A stretch of 64,000 bases of DNA from Candidatus Gottesmanbacteria bacterium RIFCSPHIGHO2_02_FULL_39_11 (GCA_001779195.1 MFJL01000041.1:16881-80880); one strand, 5' to 3'; numbered from the stretch's first letter, positions 37,499 through 48,071 are shown. Program-made: numbers and translations. The notes: generated by a model from the letters alone, not told the origin.

Positions 37499-39108
37499 AG
37501 CAACATGCTTTTTTTCTTTCTTTTATAGTTATAGCCTGTTTTTTAATAACGCAGCCCTTTTTTAAGGAAGGGTACTTCCCAACAGATGACGGTGAGTGGG
37601 CAATTGTCCGATTGGCTGAAATGAAAAGTGAGATAAAAGATCTCCAAATTCCTCCCCGGTGGTCCGGGTTTTTAAATCACGGGTACGGGTATCCCCTTTT
37701 TAATTTTGTTTATCCTTTTCCTTATTATTTAGGACTTATTCCAAATCTTCTGGGATTTAATCTGACAGAAAGCATCAAAATTTTGTTTGTTTTAAGCATT
37801 TTTTTATCCGGAACGGGCATGTATCTTTTAGGAAAATATTTGAAAGATGAATGGACGGGAATTATTGCCTCAATTTTTTATCTGGTCATTCCCTACCGGA
37901 TTGCAAATCTATACGAGCGTGGTTCACTCGGAGAAGTATTAAGCGGGGGAATTTTTCCCTTTTTAGTTTTATTTTCTATTTTATTTATTAGGAAGGGAAG
38001 TAACATATTTTATTTGTTAAGTTCTTTATTTTTATTTTTTATTTTGCTGAGCCATAATGTTTCTGCGTTATTTTTTATACCTGTTTTAATCATCATATCC
38101 GCTCTTGAATTATTTGGGGGTAAAAAGGAAAAATATGTGATAATAAGAAGAACTTTTTTTATTTTAGTTTCAGGCTTTACCCTTTCATCTTATTTTATTA
38201 TTCCCGCCATTCTTGAAAAGAAAAATATTTTATTGTCTGTAATTCCCCTTACCCATATTTCAGAATATTTTTTATCTTTTTCTTCAATCGTAGGAGTAAC
38301 CGTTTCAAAAGAGAGACCTCTTTTTCAGATAGGTATTTTTCATGCTCTTTCCTTTTGCCTCGTATTATTAGTCGGCAAGGTTAATAAAAAACTATACTCG
38401 ATTAGCATTCTTTCAATTCTTCTTTTCTTCTATATTCTTATGATGACCCCTATTTTACGGCCTCTGTGGAATCTTCCGTTTCTATCATCCATTGATTTTC
38501 CATGGAGACTTTTAGGTCCAATTTCATTTCTTATATCATTTATTCTTATTTTTTTGGCTGAATCAAAACAGATAAAAATTGTTTTAACTGTTCTTGCAGT
38601 TTTCTCTTTATTATGGGTTTTGCCGTATGTAAAAATAAATACTTTATTTGTCAAAAATGATACGTACTATACAAGTAATGATGCAACAACTACTTCAACT
38701 GATGAACTGATGCCTGTGTGGGTTTTAGAAAAACCTACGGAAAGATACCAGAATAAAATAGAATTTCTGAAGGGTTTGGGAAACATTCATCTTAGGGATC
38801 AGAAATCAAACTACTTAAAAGCAACCATAGATACAAGTATGAATTCCCAGGTCCAGGTAAATACCATTTATTACCCCGGGTGGGAATATAAAATAAACGG
38901 AGTTATTATCAAACCTATACTTACTAATAAGAACGGAACTGTAATATTTAATCTATCCCGGGGATATAATATGCTGGAGGGAACATTTAAGGAGACACCG
39001 TTACGATTGGTTTCCGACTTAATAAGTATATTTTCTGCTATTGGTATATTATTAACAGTCATTTGGTTAAGCAGGAAAAACGTTGTGAGAAAATATTCTA
39101 AGCAGTAA
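37495..39108 (+). CDS. YfhO-related GT-C membrane protein
   Basis: PPRW..NHGYGYPLFNF, RGSLGE, DFPWRLL, YYPGW. Confidence 0.75.
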   Translation: MKQHAFFLSFIVIACFLITQPFFKEGYFPTDDGEWAIVRLAEMKSEIKDLQIPPRWSGFLNHGYGYPLFNFVYPFPYYLGLIPNLLGFNLTESIKILFVLSIFLSGTGMYLLGKYLKDEWTGIIASIFYLVIPYRIANLYERGSLGEVLSGGIFPFLVLFSILFIRKGSNIFYLLSSLFLFFILLSHNVSALFFIPVLIIISALELFGGKKEKYVIIRRTFFILVSGFTLSSYFIIPAILEKKNILLSVIPLTHISEYFLSFSSIVGVTVSKERPLFQIGIFHALSFCLVLLVGKVNKKLYSISILSILLFFYILMMTPILRPLWNLPFLSSIDFPWRLLGPISFLISFILIFLAESKQIKIVLTVLAVFSLLWVLPYVKINTLFVKNDTYYTSNDATTTSTDELMPVWVLEKPTERYQNKIEFLKGLGNIHLRDQKSNYLKATIDTSMNSQVQVNTIYYPGWEYKINGVIIKPILTNKNGTVIFNLSRGYNMLEGTFKETPLRLVSDLISIFSAIGILLTVIWLSRKNVVRKYSKQ

Positions 39109-39111
39109 CGT

Positions 39112-40611
39112 ATGAAAATTCTTTTGTCTCTTACTATTATTCTAGTTATTTCCTTCTTTTCAATCCGTCCCTTATTAATTGAGGGGTATTTTCCCATGCA
39201 TGATGATACCCAGCCCTCCCGCGTCTATGAAATGTCACAGCAGTTAAAAGAGAGACAATTTCCGGTTCGGTGGGTTGCCGATCTGGGATACGGATACGGG
39301 TATCCTCTTTTTAATTTTTACGCACCTCTTCCTTACTACATCGGTTCACTGTTTAATCTATCCGGATTTAATTCGATAGATTCAGCAAAAATTATGATGG
39401 GGATCGGGATGCTTCTTGCGGGGACTACCATGTTTTTTCTGGCAAAAGAGCTGGGTGGATATATATTAGGAATAACCGCATCACTTTTGTATCAGTTTGC
39501 GCCGTATCATGCATTGGATTTATACGTCAGAGGTGCAGTAGGAGAGGTATATGCTTATGCGCTTTTGCCTATAGCTGTACTTGGAGCAGTTCTTATTTTC
39601 AAATCAAAATATAAGAAAGGAATGATTATATACGCGTTGGGTACTTTTCTTGTATTGACATCGCATAATATTCTCGGAATGATTTTTCTTTATTTTTCAT
39701 TTTTTGTTTTAGTTTTCTCATTCATTTTTTTTCTAGCAAAAAAAGTATCAAAAAAAATGGTAATAAGCTTATTAAAAGGACTGTTACTGGGCGTTGGTCT
39801 TTCTTCGTTTTTTATTCTTCCTGCATTTTTGGAAAAAGATCTTACAAAAGTTTCGTCTCTTACAATGAAAGGAAGTAATTTTTCCGATCACTTTGTATAC
39901 CTTAATCAGTTATGGGATTTTCCCTGGGGATACGGAGGATCAGCACCGGGACTTGACGATGGTTTATCTTTTAAAATAGGAAAGATAAATATTCTTATTT
40001 CTTTATTTGCAGTAATGATCTTTATCCATTTCGTTTTAAATAATAAAAGGAAAAAAGAAAACAAATTAAATGTAGTATTCTATATATTAGTGTTATTAAC
40101 TTTCATCTCCATATTCCTCACTGTTGATATATCGCAAACTCTTTGGGAAGTTCTTCCTAACTTTTTTTATATTCAATATCCCTGGAGATTTTTAAATTTT
40201 ATTTTGCTTTTTTTATGCATGATTACTTCTTTGGGATTATCCGAATCTACACGACTATTAAAGCTCTCAATATTAATAATTGCCGTGATCGCAATAATTA
40301 CAACTCATTTTAAATACTTTCAGCCGCAGTATATATATCCTCTGGATGAGCAAAAATATATTTCCCAAAAATCACTAAACTGGGATATTTCTAAAATTTC
40401 AGATGAATACCTACCTTCCTCCTTTATTCCTCCTAAATCATACAGTGAATTATTAAATGACCCACGTACAACAGATATTACAAATAACCCGGGACAAAAA
40501 ATTAATTCTCCCATCCGTTCCGTTTCAAATGCTATTTCACTTTTATCGTTTGTTTTGCTGACACTGATAGCCGGCTGGAGTAGAAAGAAGGATATTGTTA
40601 GTATTGACTAA
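39112..40611 (+). CDS. YfhO-related GT-C membrane protein (paralogue of the preceding gene)
   Basis: PVRWVADLGYGYGYPLFNFY, RGAVGE, QYPWRFL. Confidence 0.75.
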   Translation: MKILLSLTIILVISFFSIRPLLIEGYFPMHDDTQPSRVYEMSQQLKERQFPVRWVADLGYGYGYPLFNFYAPLPYYIGSLFNLSGFNSIDSAKIMMGIGMLLAGTTMFFLAKELGGYILGITASLLYQFAPYHALDLYVRGAVGEVYAYALLPIAVLGAVLIFKSKYKKGMIIYALGTFLVLTSHNILGMIFLYFSFFVLVFSFIFFLAKKVSKKMVISLLKGLLLGVGLSSFFILPAFLEKDLTKVSSLTMKGSNFSDHFVYLNQLWDFPWGYGGSAPGLDDGLSFKIGKINILISLFAVMIFIHFVLNNKRKKENKLNVVFYILVLLTFISIFLTVDISQTLWEVLPNFFYIQYPWRFLNFILLFLCMITSLGLSESTRLLKLSILIIAVIAIITTHFKYFQPQYIYPLDEQKYISQKSLNWDISKISDEYLPSSFIPPKSYSELLNDPRTTDITNNPGQKINSPIRSVSNAISLLSFVLLTLIAGWSRKKDIVSID

Positions 40612-40666
40612 ATGTGTTATTTTCTGAGCATCGGTATAAATAAGAATGCTCCGTATATAAAAAATA

Positions 40667-41410
40667 ATGAAGAAATCAGTTGAAATAGTTATTCCGGCAT
40701 ATAACGAAGAAAAACAGCTTAGAGAAAGCGTTCTAAAACTGGCAACATTTTTAAATACTGAGCTTAGAAAATTTATTTGGAAAATTACTATTGCAGATAA
40801 TGCTTCAACAGATGGGACACTGGGTGTTGCCAAAGAGTTGACAAAGGAAAATAAAAATATACACGTTCTTCATTTGGATTTAAAAGGAAGAGGTCGGGCT
40901 GTAAAAAAAGCATGGAAAGAGAGCAGTGCCGACTATGTCGGGTATACTGATGTTGACCTTTCAACGGATTTAAAAAGTCTTCTTAATTTATTAGACGGAC
41001 TTGAAAAAGGGTATGATATTTCAATCGGATCCCGATTATTGCCTGGTGCAAAAGTAGTCGGGAGAACTCTAAGACGCGAAATTATGTCGAGGGTTTATAA
41101 TATCATAATTAAGATTTTTTTCCAGACTCATTTCTCAGATGCGCAATGCGGGTTTAAGTTTGTAAATAAAAGAGTAATGAAAGAACTGTTGCCGTATATC
41201 CGGGATGATGCATGGTTTTTTGACAGCGAGATGCTCATTGTCGGAGAGAAACTGGGATTTAAAATTTATGAAAAAGCAGTGCACTGGGTGGATGATCCGG
41301 GTTCAACGGTGAGAGTCATGGGGACAGTAAAAGGAGATCTTTTAGGATTGTGGCGGCTTTTTAAAGATAGACCGTGGAATCAAATTAGAAAAATTGCACC
41401 AGAGGTCTGA
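40667..41410 (+). CDS. GT2 polyprenyl-phosphate glycosyltransferase
   Basis: PAYNEE, DNASTDGT, DVDLST, DAQCGFK, WFFDSE. Confidence 0.85.
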   Translation: MKKSVEIVIPAYNEEKQLRESVLKLATFLNTELRKFIWKITIADNASTDGTLGVAKELTKENKNIHVLHLDLKGRGRAVKKAWKESSADYVGYTDVDLSTDLKSLLNLLDGLEKGYDISIGSRLLPGAKVVGRTLRREIMSRVYNIIIKIFFQTHFSDAQCGFKFVNKRVMKELLPYIRDDAWFFDSEMLIVGEKLGFKIYEKAVHWVDDPGSTVRVMGTVKGDLLGLWRLFKDRPWNQIRKIAPEV

Positions 41411-41416
41411 TTTTTT

Positions 41417-42448
41417 ATGAATAAAAAAATTTTAATCATAGGAGGTGCAGGATTTATAGGATCTAATGCCTCTCACTATTTTTCCAAAAAAGGGTATGAA
41501 GTTACGGTTTTTGATAATTTATATCGGATAGGAACAGATAAAAATTTAAACTGGCTTAAAGAAACTCATCCCCAAATAAAATTTATTAAAGGGGACATCC
41601 GTAAATATGCTGATCTTAAAGATGCTGTCAAAGGGTTTGATGTGGTTATCCATCTGGCTGCTCAAGTTGCGGTAACTACTTCCGTTGTTGATCCCCGAAC
41701 TGATTTTGAAATAAATGCGTTGGGAGCTTTTAATGTTTTAGAAGCCGTTCGGGAAAACGGAGAAAAGCCTTTTGTCATTTTCTCATCGACAAATAAAGTA
41801 TACGGCGGAATGGAAGAAATAAAAATTGTGGAAAAAAACGGACAGTACGCGTATAAGGATTTTCCAGGGGGAATTTCAGAAAAAAGTACTATAGATTTTC
41901 ACTCTCCTTACGGATGTTCAAAAGGATGTGCGGATCAGTACGTTAGAGATTACTTCAGAATCTATGATATTCCGACGGTTGTTTTTCGTCAGTCATGTAT
42001 ATACGGTCCTCGTCAGTTTGGGATAGAAGATCAGGGATGGTTAGCATGGTTTATTATCGCAACCACTCTCTCGAAATTCATTTCCGTTTACGGGGATGGA
42101 AAACAGGTTCGGGATGTTTTATATGTTGATGATTTGGTGCGAGCATATGATTTGGCAATTGAAAATATGAGAAATGTGAAAGGAAAAATATATAATATAG
42201 GAGGAGGACCCGGCAATACCCTTTCTGTCTGGAAGCAGTTCGGAGGAATTCTTGAAAAATTATTTGGAAAAAAACTAAATCCAAAATGGGGACCCTCCCG
42301 GCCGGGAGATCAAAAAGTATATATAAGCGATATCTCAAAAATAAAAAAAGAATTAAATTGGACTCCACAAGTGAAAGTGGAAGAAGGGATAGAAAAACTT
42401 TTCAACTGGGTGCAGGAAAATAAAGAATTGTTTAAAGACTTTATATAA
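41417..42448 (+). CDS. CDP-paratose 2-epimerase-like SDR
   Basis: AAQVAVTTS, STNKVYG, HSPYGCSKG, RQSCIYG, EDQGW. Confidence 0.85.
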   Translation: MNKKILIIGGAGFIGSNASHYFSKKGYEVTVFDNLYRIGTDKNLNWLKETHPQIKFIKGDIRKYADLKDAVKGFDVVIHLAAQVAVTTSVVDPRTDFEINALGAFNVLEAVRENGEKPFVIFSSTNKVYGGMEEIKIVEKNGQYAYKDFPGGISEKSTIDFHSPYGCSKGCADQYVRDYFRIYDIPTVVFRQSCIYGPRQFGIEDQGWLAWFIIATTLSKFISVYGDGKQVRDVLYVDDLVRAYDLAIENMRNVKGKIYNIGGGPGNTLSVWKQFGGILEKLFGKKLNPKWGPSRPGDQKVYISDISKIKKELNWTPQVKVEEGIEKLFNWVQENKELFKDFI

Positions 42449-42454
42449 TTCATT

Positions 42455-42512
42455 TGTCATCCCGGGCTTGACCCGGGATCCATGATAGATTCCCGCCTTC
42501 GCGGGAATGACA
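42455..42512. repeat. REP-like inverted palindrome pair
   Basis: TGTCATCCCGGGCTTGACCCGGGATCCA ... ATTCCCGCCTTCGCGGGAATGACA. Confidence 0.85.
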
Positions 42513-42525
42513 AAAAAACAACAGT

Positions 42526-43647
42526 ATGAAGTATAAAAAAATATTAGTTACCGGAGGCGCAGGATTTATCGGCTCTCATCTAGTTGACGGGCTTATTAAA
42601 AAAGGATATAGAGTTCGTGTCATGGATAATCTGTTTAAGCAAATTCATCCGAGTGGAAAACTTCCCGATTATTTCAACAAAAAAGCGGAATTTTTTAAAG
42701 GGGATGTCACGAAACGTGAAGGCTGGAAAACGGCATTGAAAGAGATTGATGTGGTGTATCATCTGGCATCGGCTGTAGGGGTGGGGCAGAGCATGTATGA
42801 AGTTGAGCATTACGTAAAAGTAAATAGTCTGGGTACTGCATTGTTTTTGGATATTTTAGCAAATGAAAACCATTCTGTACAAAAAATAATTGTAGCCGCT
42901 TCTATGAGTTCTTACGGGGAAGGGACATACCATTTCGAAGGAAAAGGATTATTCCAGCCGCCTCTTCGAAATGAAAAAGATTTAAAAAAAGGAGACTATA
43001 ATGTTTATTATCCGGGCACACGCATTATGGGAGAGCCCCGGGCAACATCTGAGGACGTCAAGCAAAATTCAAACTCCATCTATGCAATCGGGAAGAAAAA
43101 TCAGGAAGAAATGATTCTTGTCTTCGGAAAAGCATATGGCATTCCTTCTGTTGCCATGAGATATTTTAATGTATACGGACCCCGCCAGAGTCTCTCAAAT
43201 CCGTATAACGGTGTCGTTGCCATATTTCAAAGCAGGGTAAAAAATAACAAGCTGCCCATAATTAATGAAGACGGGACGCAGACGCGGGATTTTATTCATG
43301 TAACAGACGTCACAGCGGCAAATATCAAAGCGATGGAAGAAGATAGTGCAAATTACGAAGTTTTTAATGTGGGATCGGGAAATCCGATTTCAATTTCCGA
43401 AGTTGCCCGGATTTTAATACAGTTAAACGGTAAGAAATTTAAATCCGATATTACGGGTAAAATAAGAAAGCTGGATGTCAAACACTGTTTTGCGGATATA
43501 ACAAAAATCAAAAAACTTTTAGGATGGAATCCTACAATCCGTTTTGAAGAAGGACTTAAAGAAGTATTAAAATGGAGTGAGGGCGAGAAGGCCGAAGATA
43601 AATTAGATTTTGCACTTTCGCAGCTTGAAAAACGCGGACTTAGATGA
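42526..43647 (+). CDS. NAD-dependent sugar epimerase/dehydratase
   Basis: TGGAGFIGSH, VGVGQSMYE, YAIGK, YGPRQSLSNPY, EDGTQTRDF. Confidence 0.85.
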   Translation: MKYKKILVTGGAGFIGSHLVDGLIKKGYRVRVMDNLFKQIHPSGKLPDYFNKKAEFFKGDVTKREGWKTALKEIDVVYHLASAVGVGQSMYEVEHYVKVNSLGTALFLDILANENHSVQKIIVAASMSSYGEGTYHFEGKGLFQPPLRNEKDLKKGDYNVYYPGTRIMGEPRATSEDVKQNSNSIYAIGKKNQEEMILVFGKAYGIPSVAMRYFNVYGPRQSLSNPYNGVVAIFQSRVKNNKLPIINEDGTQTRDFIHVTDVTAANIKAMEEDSANYEVFNVGSGNPISISEVARILIQLNGKKFKSDITGKIRKLDVKHCFADITKIKKLLGWNPTIRFEEGLKEVLKWSEGEKAEDKLDFALSQLEKRGLR

Positions 43648-44387
43648 AAATCTCCTTTATTATACCTTTCCATAACGAAGAAAAGAACTGTATCCTCATG
43701 CTTAAACGGGTCTCTGAATATGCGGATAAAACCGGATTAAATTATGAAATTGTCCCCATAGATGATAGAAGCGCGGATAAAACTACTGAACTTATTAAAT
43801 CATTTTCCGAAAAAAATAACTGTGTATTTCCCCTATTTAGAAAAATAGATTCAGAGGAAAAAGGAAATACCATGGGAAAATCTCTTATTGAAGCAACCAA
43901 AAAATCAAAAGGAGACATTATTATTTGGACCATGGGAGATATGGCTGATGATACCAAAACATACAGAGAGATTATAGAGAAAATTGAAAAAGGGTATGAT
44001 ATGGTATTCGGATCCCGGTATATGCCGGGAGGGTCGCGGGGAAATTTAGATCCATTTAAGGCCTTTTTCAGTTCATGGGGAACTATGCTTGCGCGGGTTT
44101 TATTTTCAGTTCCGGTTCATGATATTACAAATGCTTTTCGGGGATTTAGACGAAGTGTATTTGATTCGATAACGCTTACCTCTTCCGGGTTTGCCATCTC
44201 TCCTGAATTTGCAATAAAAGCTCATCTCTCAGGATTTAAGTTAGGCGAAATTCCGACGGTTTATACCAATCGGGTGGAAGGAGTCTCAAGCTTTAAGCTT
44301 TTTAAAATGATTAGAAGCTACTTATCTTTATTTTTAAATTTATTTTATCAATACAAAATCAGAAGAATTAAATACGCGTTATCATGA
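43644..44387 (+). CDS. GT2 (DPM-like) glycosyltransferase
   Basis: PFHNEE, GSRYMPGG, DITNAFR. Confidence 0.8.
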   Translation: MKISFIIPFHNEEKNCILMLKRVSEYADKTGLNYEIVPIDDRSADKTTELIKSFSEKNNCVFPLFRKIDSEEKGNTMGKSLIEATKKSKGDIIIWTMGDMADDTKTYREIIEKIEKGYDMVFGSRYMPGGSRGNLDPFKAFFSSWGTMLARVLFSVPVHDITNAFRGFRRSVFDSITLTSSGFAISPEFAIKAHLSGFKLGEIPTVYTNRVEGVSSFKLFKMIRSYLSLFLNLFYQYKIRRIKYALS

Positions 44388-44420
44388 GATTTTAAAGAAA
44401 CTTAATAATATCATTTATAT

Positions 44421-44695
44421 ATGGAAAAAAAAAGGAGCTTGAGCAAAGAATCAGACAGATAGAGGAGAGAAATAAAGGTGTGGAATTAAATAAAGCCTGG
44501 GAAACAAGTTATACACGGAGAGTTTTAGTTGCGCTTTTTACATACTTGGTAATTGTTTTGTATCTAAAGTTTATCGTTGGTATTGATCCATGGATTAATG
44601 CTATTGTTCCGACTGTCGGTTTTCTGCTTTCAACACTTACCCTACGTTTTTTTAAAGAAATGTGGAAACAATTCCTATATAAAAAAAATAAATAA
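44421..44695 (+). CDS. Small 2-TM protein; ATG at 44421 is out of frame across an A9 run
   Basis: ELEQRIRQIEERNKGVELNKAWETS continues upstream of the GTG at 44480 as far as the A9 run. Confidence 0.55.
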
Positions 44696-44705
44696 GTTTA
44701 TATTT

Positions 44706-45911
44706 TTATTTTTTAATCCACTCTTTTTTCAATTTTAAAAAGTTATTTTCTTCAATTGAATTTCTGATTTCTTCCATCACACTCCCAAAAAATGAAAGAT
44801 TGTGAATTGTTGCCAGACGGTATCCCAATAGTTCACGGGACTTAAATAAGTGATGAATATATGAGCGGGTAAAATTACTGCATGTATAGCATCTGCAGCC
44901 CCGGCTTAAAATATTATTATCCAGTTTAAATTCTGACTTAGTTATGTCATATCGATACTTTTTTGAAAGTCCCATTTCTTTTGAAAAAATATACCCAAGC
45001 CGTCCCATACGGGTGGGGATTACGCAGTCCAATGTGTCAATTCCGCGCTGTATGCTTTCAAATATATCTTCGATTTCTCCGATGCCCAAAAAATGAACGG
45101 GTCTTTCAGAGTAATTCAGTATCGGAAGTGTCCAGTCCAGAACTTTAAATACAAATTCGCGGGGCTCTTTTGCATTTGCAACGCTTCCAATTGCGAATCC
45201 TTCAACATCTTTTGATTTGATAAAACGGGCAGACTCCATCCTTAAATCTTCAAATATTGAACCCTGAACAACTCCGTATAAAGCCTGAGAGAGATTTATT
45301 TTATTTTTATTATTTTTGTGCTGCTCTATGCATACCTCAAGCCAGGCATGCGTTCTTTTTAAAGCCTCTTTGGCATAATTGTGTTTTATCGGATAAAACG
45401 TACATTCGTCAAATGACATCATGATGTCAGACCCTAATTCCTGTTGAGCTTCAATTGATTCTTTGGGACCTAAAAATATTTTTTTTCCGTCCCAGGCCGA
45501 GGTAAATTCAATTCCATCTTCCAAAATTTTTACCAGAGTCTTCTCATTGAATTGGGTTTTCTCATTACCCGCTTTGGTTTGCTTTCTCGGTCCATTTTCT
45601 CCGAGTGAAAATGCCTGAAATCCTCCCGAGTCTGTCATCACAGATCCTTCCCAGTTCATAAATTTATGCACGCCTCCTGCATTTTTCACCACATCAATAC
45701 CCGGACGAAACATCATGTGATACGTATTTACAAAAAAGACATCAATTGAGCATGCCTTAATTTCCTCAGGGGTTAGAGACTTGATAGTTGCCGCAGTTCC
45801 GCAGGAAACAAATCCCGGGGTTCTTATTTTCCCATGTGATGTAGTTATGATTCCAGTTCGTGCGTTTGAGTTTTTGTCGCGGTGGTGAATTTTGAAATTG
45901 AATTTGTCCAT
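44706..45911 (-). CDS. tgt: tRNA-guanine transglycosylase
   Basis: NTYH, TDSGGFQ, DEC, VQG, DCVIPTR, CRCYTC..HNL. Confidence 0.93.
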   Translation of the reverse strand: MDKFNFKIHHRDKNSNARTGIITTSHGKIRTPGFVSCGTAATIKSLTPEEIKACSIDVFFVNTYHMMFRPGIDVVKNAGGVHKFMNWEGSVMTDSGGFQAFSLGENGPRKQTKAGNEKTQFNEKTLVKILEDGIEFTSAWDGKKIFLGPKESIEAQQELGSDIMMSFDECTFYPIKHNYAKEALKRTHAWLEVCIEQHKNNKNKINLSQALYGVVQGSIFEDLRMESARFIKSKDVEGFAIGSVANAKEPREFVFKVLDWTLPILNYSERPVHFLGIGEIEDIFESIQRGIDTLDCVIPTRMGRLGYIFSKEMGLSKKYRYDITKSEFKLDNNILSRGCRCYTCSNFTRSYIHHLFKSRELLGYRLATIHNLSFFGSVMEEIRNSIEENNFLKLKKEWIKK

Positions 45912-45919
45912 AACTGCTA

Positions 45920-45945
45920 TGGATTCCCGCTTTGCGGGAATGACA
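45920..45945. repeat. Single REP-like palindrome
   Basis: TGGATTCCCGCTTTGCGGGAATGACA, matching the right half of 42455-42512. Confidence 0.8.
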
Positions 45946-45990
45946 ACACGTATGTTGGAATTTTACATGATCGGGCTTATAATTACTAAT

Positions 45991-46293
45991 ATGGGAACTT
46001 TTCAAAAAATCAATGATATAGTTGCCAAAATTCCTCAGGGAAAAGTAGCAACATACGGGCAAATCGCAAAGCTTGCAGGAGTTTCAAGTCCGAAAATTGT
46101 CGGATTTGCACTTCACGTAAACAAAGATCCGATCGCTGTCCCCTGTCACAGAGTAGTAAACCGGTTTGGGCACTTAGCATCAGGATACGCAATGGGAGGA
46201 AAGGACAAACAGAAGAAACGTTTGGAAGATGAAGGCGTTAAAATAGATTCGGATAATAAAGTTGATTTAGATAAATACCTCTGGGTACCATGA
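45991..46293 (+). CDS. O6-methylguanine-DNA methyltransferase family protein
   Basis: IPQGKVATYGQIA and PCHRVV; the longer ORF call runs through the REP element. Confidence 0.88.
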   Translation: MGTFQKINDIVAKIPQGKVATYGQIAKLAGVSSPKIVGFALHVNKDPIAVPCHRVVNRFGHLASGYAMGGKDKQKKRLEDEGVKIDSDNKVDLDKYLWVP

Positions 46294-46604
46294 AAACCTT
46301 CACCATAAAAGGGAAAGAATTTATCCCGGCAAGCCATGAAGATGCAACTCTTGTTTGTCCCGACTCACATTTGCAGATGGTTAATTGGGCAAAAATTCCT
46401 GCCGGGAAACATTTCAATCTCATTGTCATGAAGATATGGATGAGATTTTATAATAATTGAAGGGGAATGCGAGATAGATATTGGGCGCGAGAAGAAGGTA
46501 ATGGGAAAAGGAGACGGGGTAGTCGTACCGTTAAAATCAATTGTTTTTATTTAGCAATGGGGTTTAGTCTTGGTAAAGGCGGAAAGACGGTAAATGTTAA
46601 ATAA
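46290..46604 (+). pseudogene. Degraded cupin-domain gene
   Basis: PASHED..QMVNWAK, HCHEDMDEIFIIIEG..KGDGVVVP and GFSLGKGGKTV are separated by two frameshifts. Confidence 0.7.
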
Positions 46605-48012
46605 ATCATTGCTCAGGGCAAACAAGTCCGGGATGATAGAGAGTAATATGAATAAGAAAATTATTCTCATTCTTTTTTTAATCAATTCTCTACTTGTACT
46701 CTTTCTGTATCGCAACTCTTTTTCTTCCTATTTTTTTCAGGACGACTGGTTTACACTAAAAATCAGTTCGGCAAAAAATATCGGTGACTTCTTAAATTTT
46801 TTTATCCCAAGAACTGATGTTATCTATTACCGTCCTTTAGGAATGCAGGTTTATTTTTTCATTCTTCAATTGTTATTCGGCCTGAAATCATTCCCTTTTC
46901 ATGCCACTGCTTTTATTACCCATATTGCTAATTCCGGTTTAATTTTTCTGATTTCTTTATTTCTTACTAAGAATAAAATTCAATCTGTTCTAATTTCTAT
47001 CCTGTATGCGTCATCCGCTGTTCACTTTACTCCTTTTTACTGGGCTTCTACATATCCGTTTATTTTAGGACCGGGACTTACTTTTCTGTCTTTCTATTCT
47101 TTCTTAATCTATGACAAAGCTGGTCATAACAAGTGGCTTCTACTCTCAGGTATGGCTTATGTATCGGCAATTTTTACAAATGAGATGGCAATTGTTTTTC
47201 CAGTGTTAGCGTTTTTATATGCGTTGTTATTTTCACCAAAAAGAATAAAAAGTACATTTATTTTTTTTATTATTTCACTTTTATTTTTAGGAAGACTTAT
47301 TTTTTTCCGTCCTCCAACGGTGGGGACGTATGCATTTGCTGTAAACAGAACCAGTTTTTACAACCTCCTGGGATTTGGCATGTGGACTTTCAATTGGCCG
47401 GAGGATATGAAAGCTCAGATGGTAAGTCTCGGGAAGTTTAACCCTGTTTTTATTTCCGAGTTTTATTCTTATTACACGCGGTTTATGACAAGTTTTGGAA
47501 TACTCTTTATCTCTCTTTTTATCATTCCTTTTATTTATACGATTATTAAAAAAACAAAAAATAATACTATGGTTAAAATTATTATTTTTGGTTCTCTGTG
47601 GTACTTCGCCGGACTTTTTCCCGTATTGTTTTTTCCGAATCATACATTCAGCTACTATTTACCCATTTCTCTATTCGGATTTCTGATTTTATCAACTTCA
47701 TTTCTATTTAAAGCAATTAAATCATCACAATTAAAAATTGCATTATCATCAGTTGTACTGGGGGCCTGGCTTATCTCATCTGAGGCATCAACCGATTTTA
47801 ATCAAAAAATTCACTGGGCGCCAAGAAGGGCTAAACGATCACAGGAACTTACACTAACAATTGCTGAGAAAAAAAGACAGCAGCCTGACAGAGAATATTT
47901 TTATATTTTTCCGGCTTCTGAGAATAAATTAGCCTTAAACGACCAGGATGGCTTACAGGTATATTTTAAGGATAAAAACATGAAAACGATATATGCATAC
48001 GGGGAAAATTGA
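46594..48012 (+). CDS. GT-C-like polytopic membrane protein
   Basis: FFQDDW, YYRPLG, TNEMA. Confidence 0.65.
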   Translation: MLNKSLLRANKSGMIESNMNKKIILILFLINSLLVLFLYRNSFSSYFFQDDWFTLKISSAKNIGDFLNFFIPRTDVIYYRPLGMQVYFFILQLLFGLKSFPFHATAFITHIANSGLIFLISLFLTKNKIQSVLISILYASSAVHFTPFYWASTYPFILGPGLTFLSFYSFLIYDKAGHNKWLLLSGMAYVSAIFTNEMAIVFPVLAFLYALLFSPKRIKSTFIFFIISLLFLGRLIFFRPPTVGTYAFAVNRTSFYNLLGFGMWTFNWPEDMKAQMVSLGKFNPVFISEFYSYYTRFMTSFGILFISLFIIPFIYTIIKKTKNNTMVKIIIFGSLWYFAGLFPVLFFPNHTFSYYLPISLFGFLILSTSFLFKAIKSSQLKIALSSVVLGAWLISSEASTDFNQKIHWAPRRAKRSQELTLTIAEKKRQQPDREYFYIFPASENKLALNDQDGLQVYFKDKNMKTIYAYGEN

Positions 48013-48071
48013 CGTAATGGCTATATTCTGGTATTCATCCGTTAACCTGCAATAAATAGTATAATTAGGAG

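Noticed and set aside
45892-45990. N-terminal extension of the MGMT ORF (MDSRFAGMT)
   Set aside because: Translation of a REP-like palindrome overlapping the tgt start
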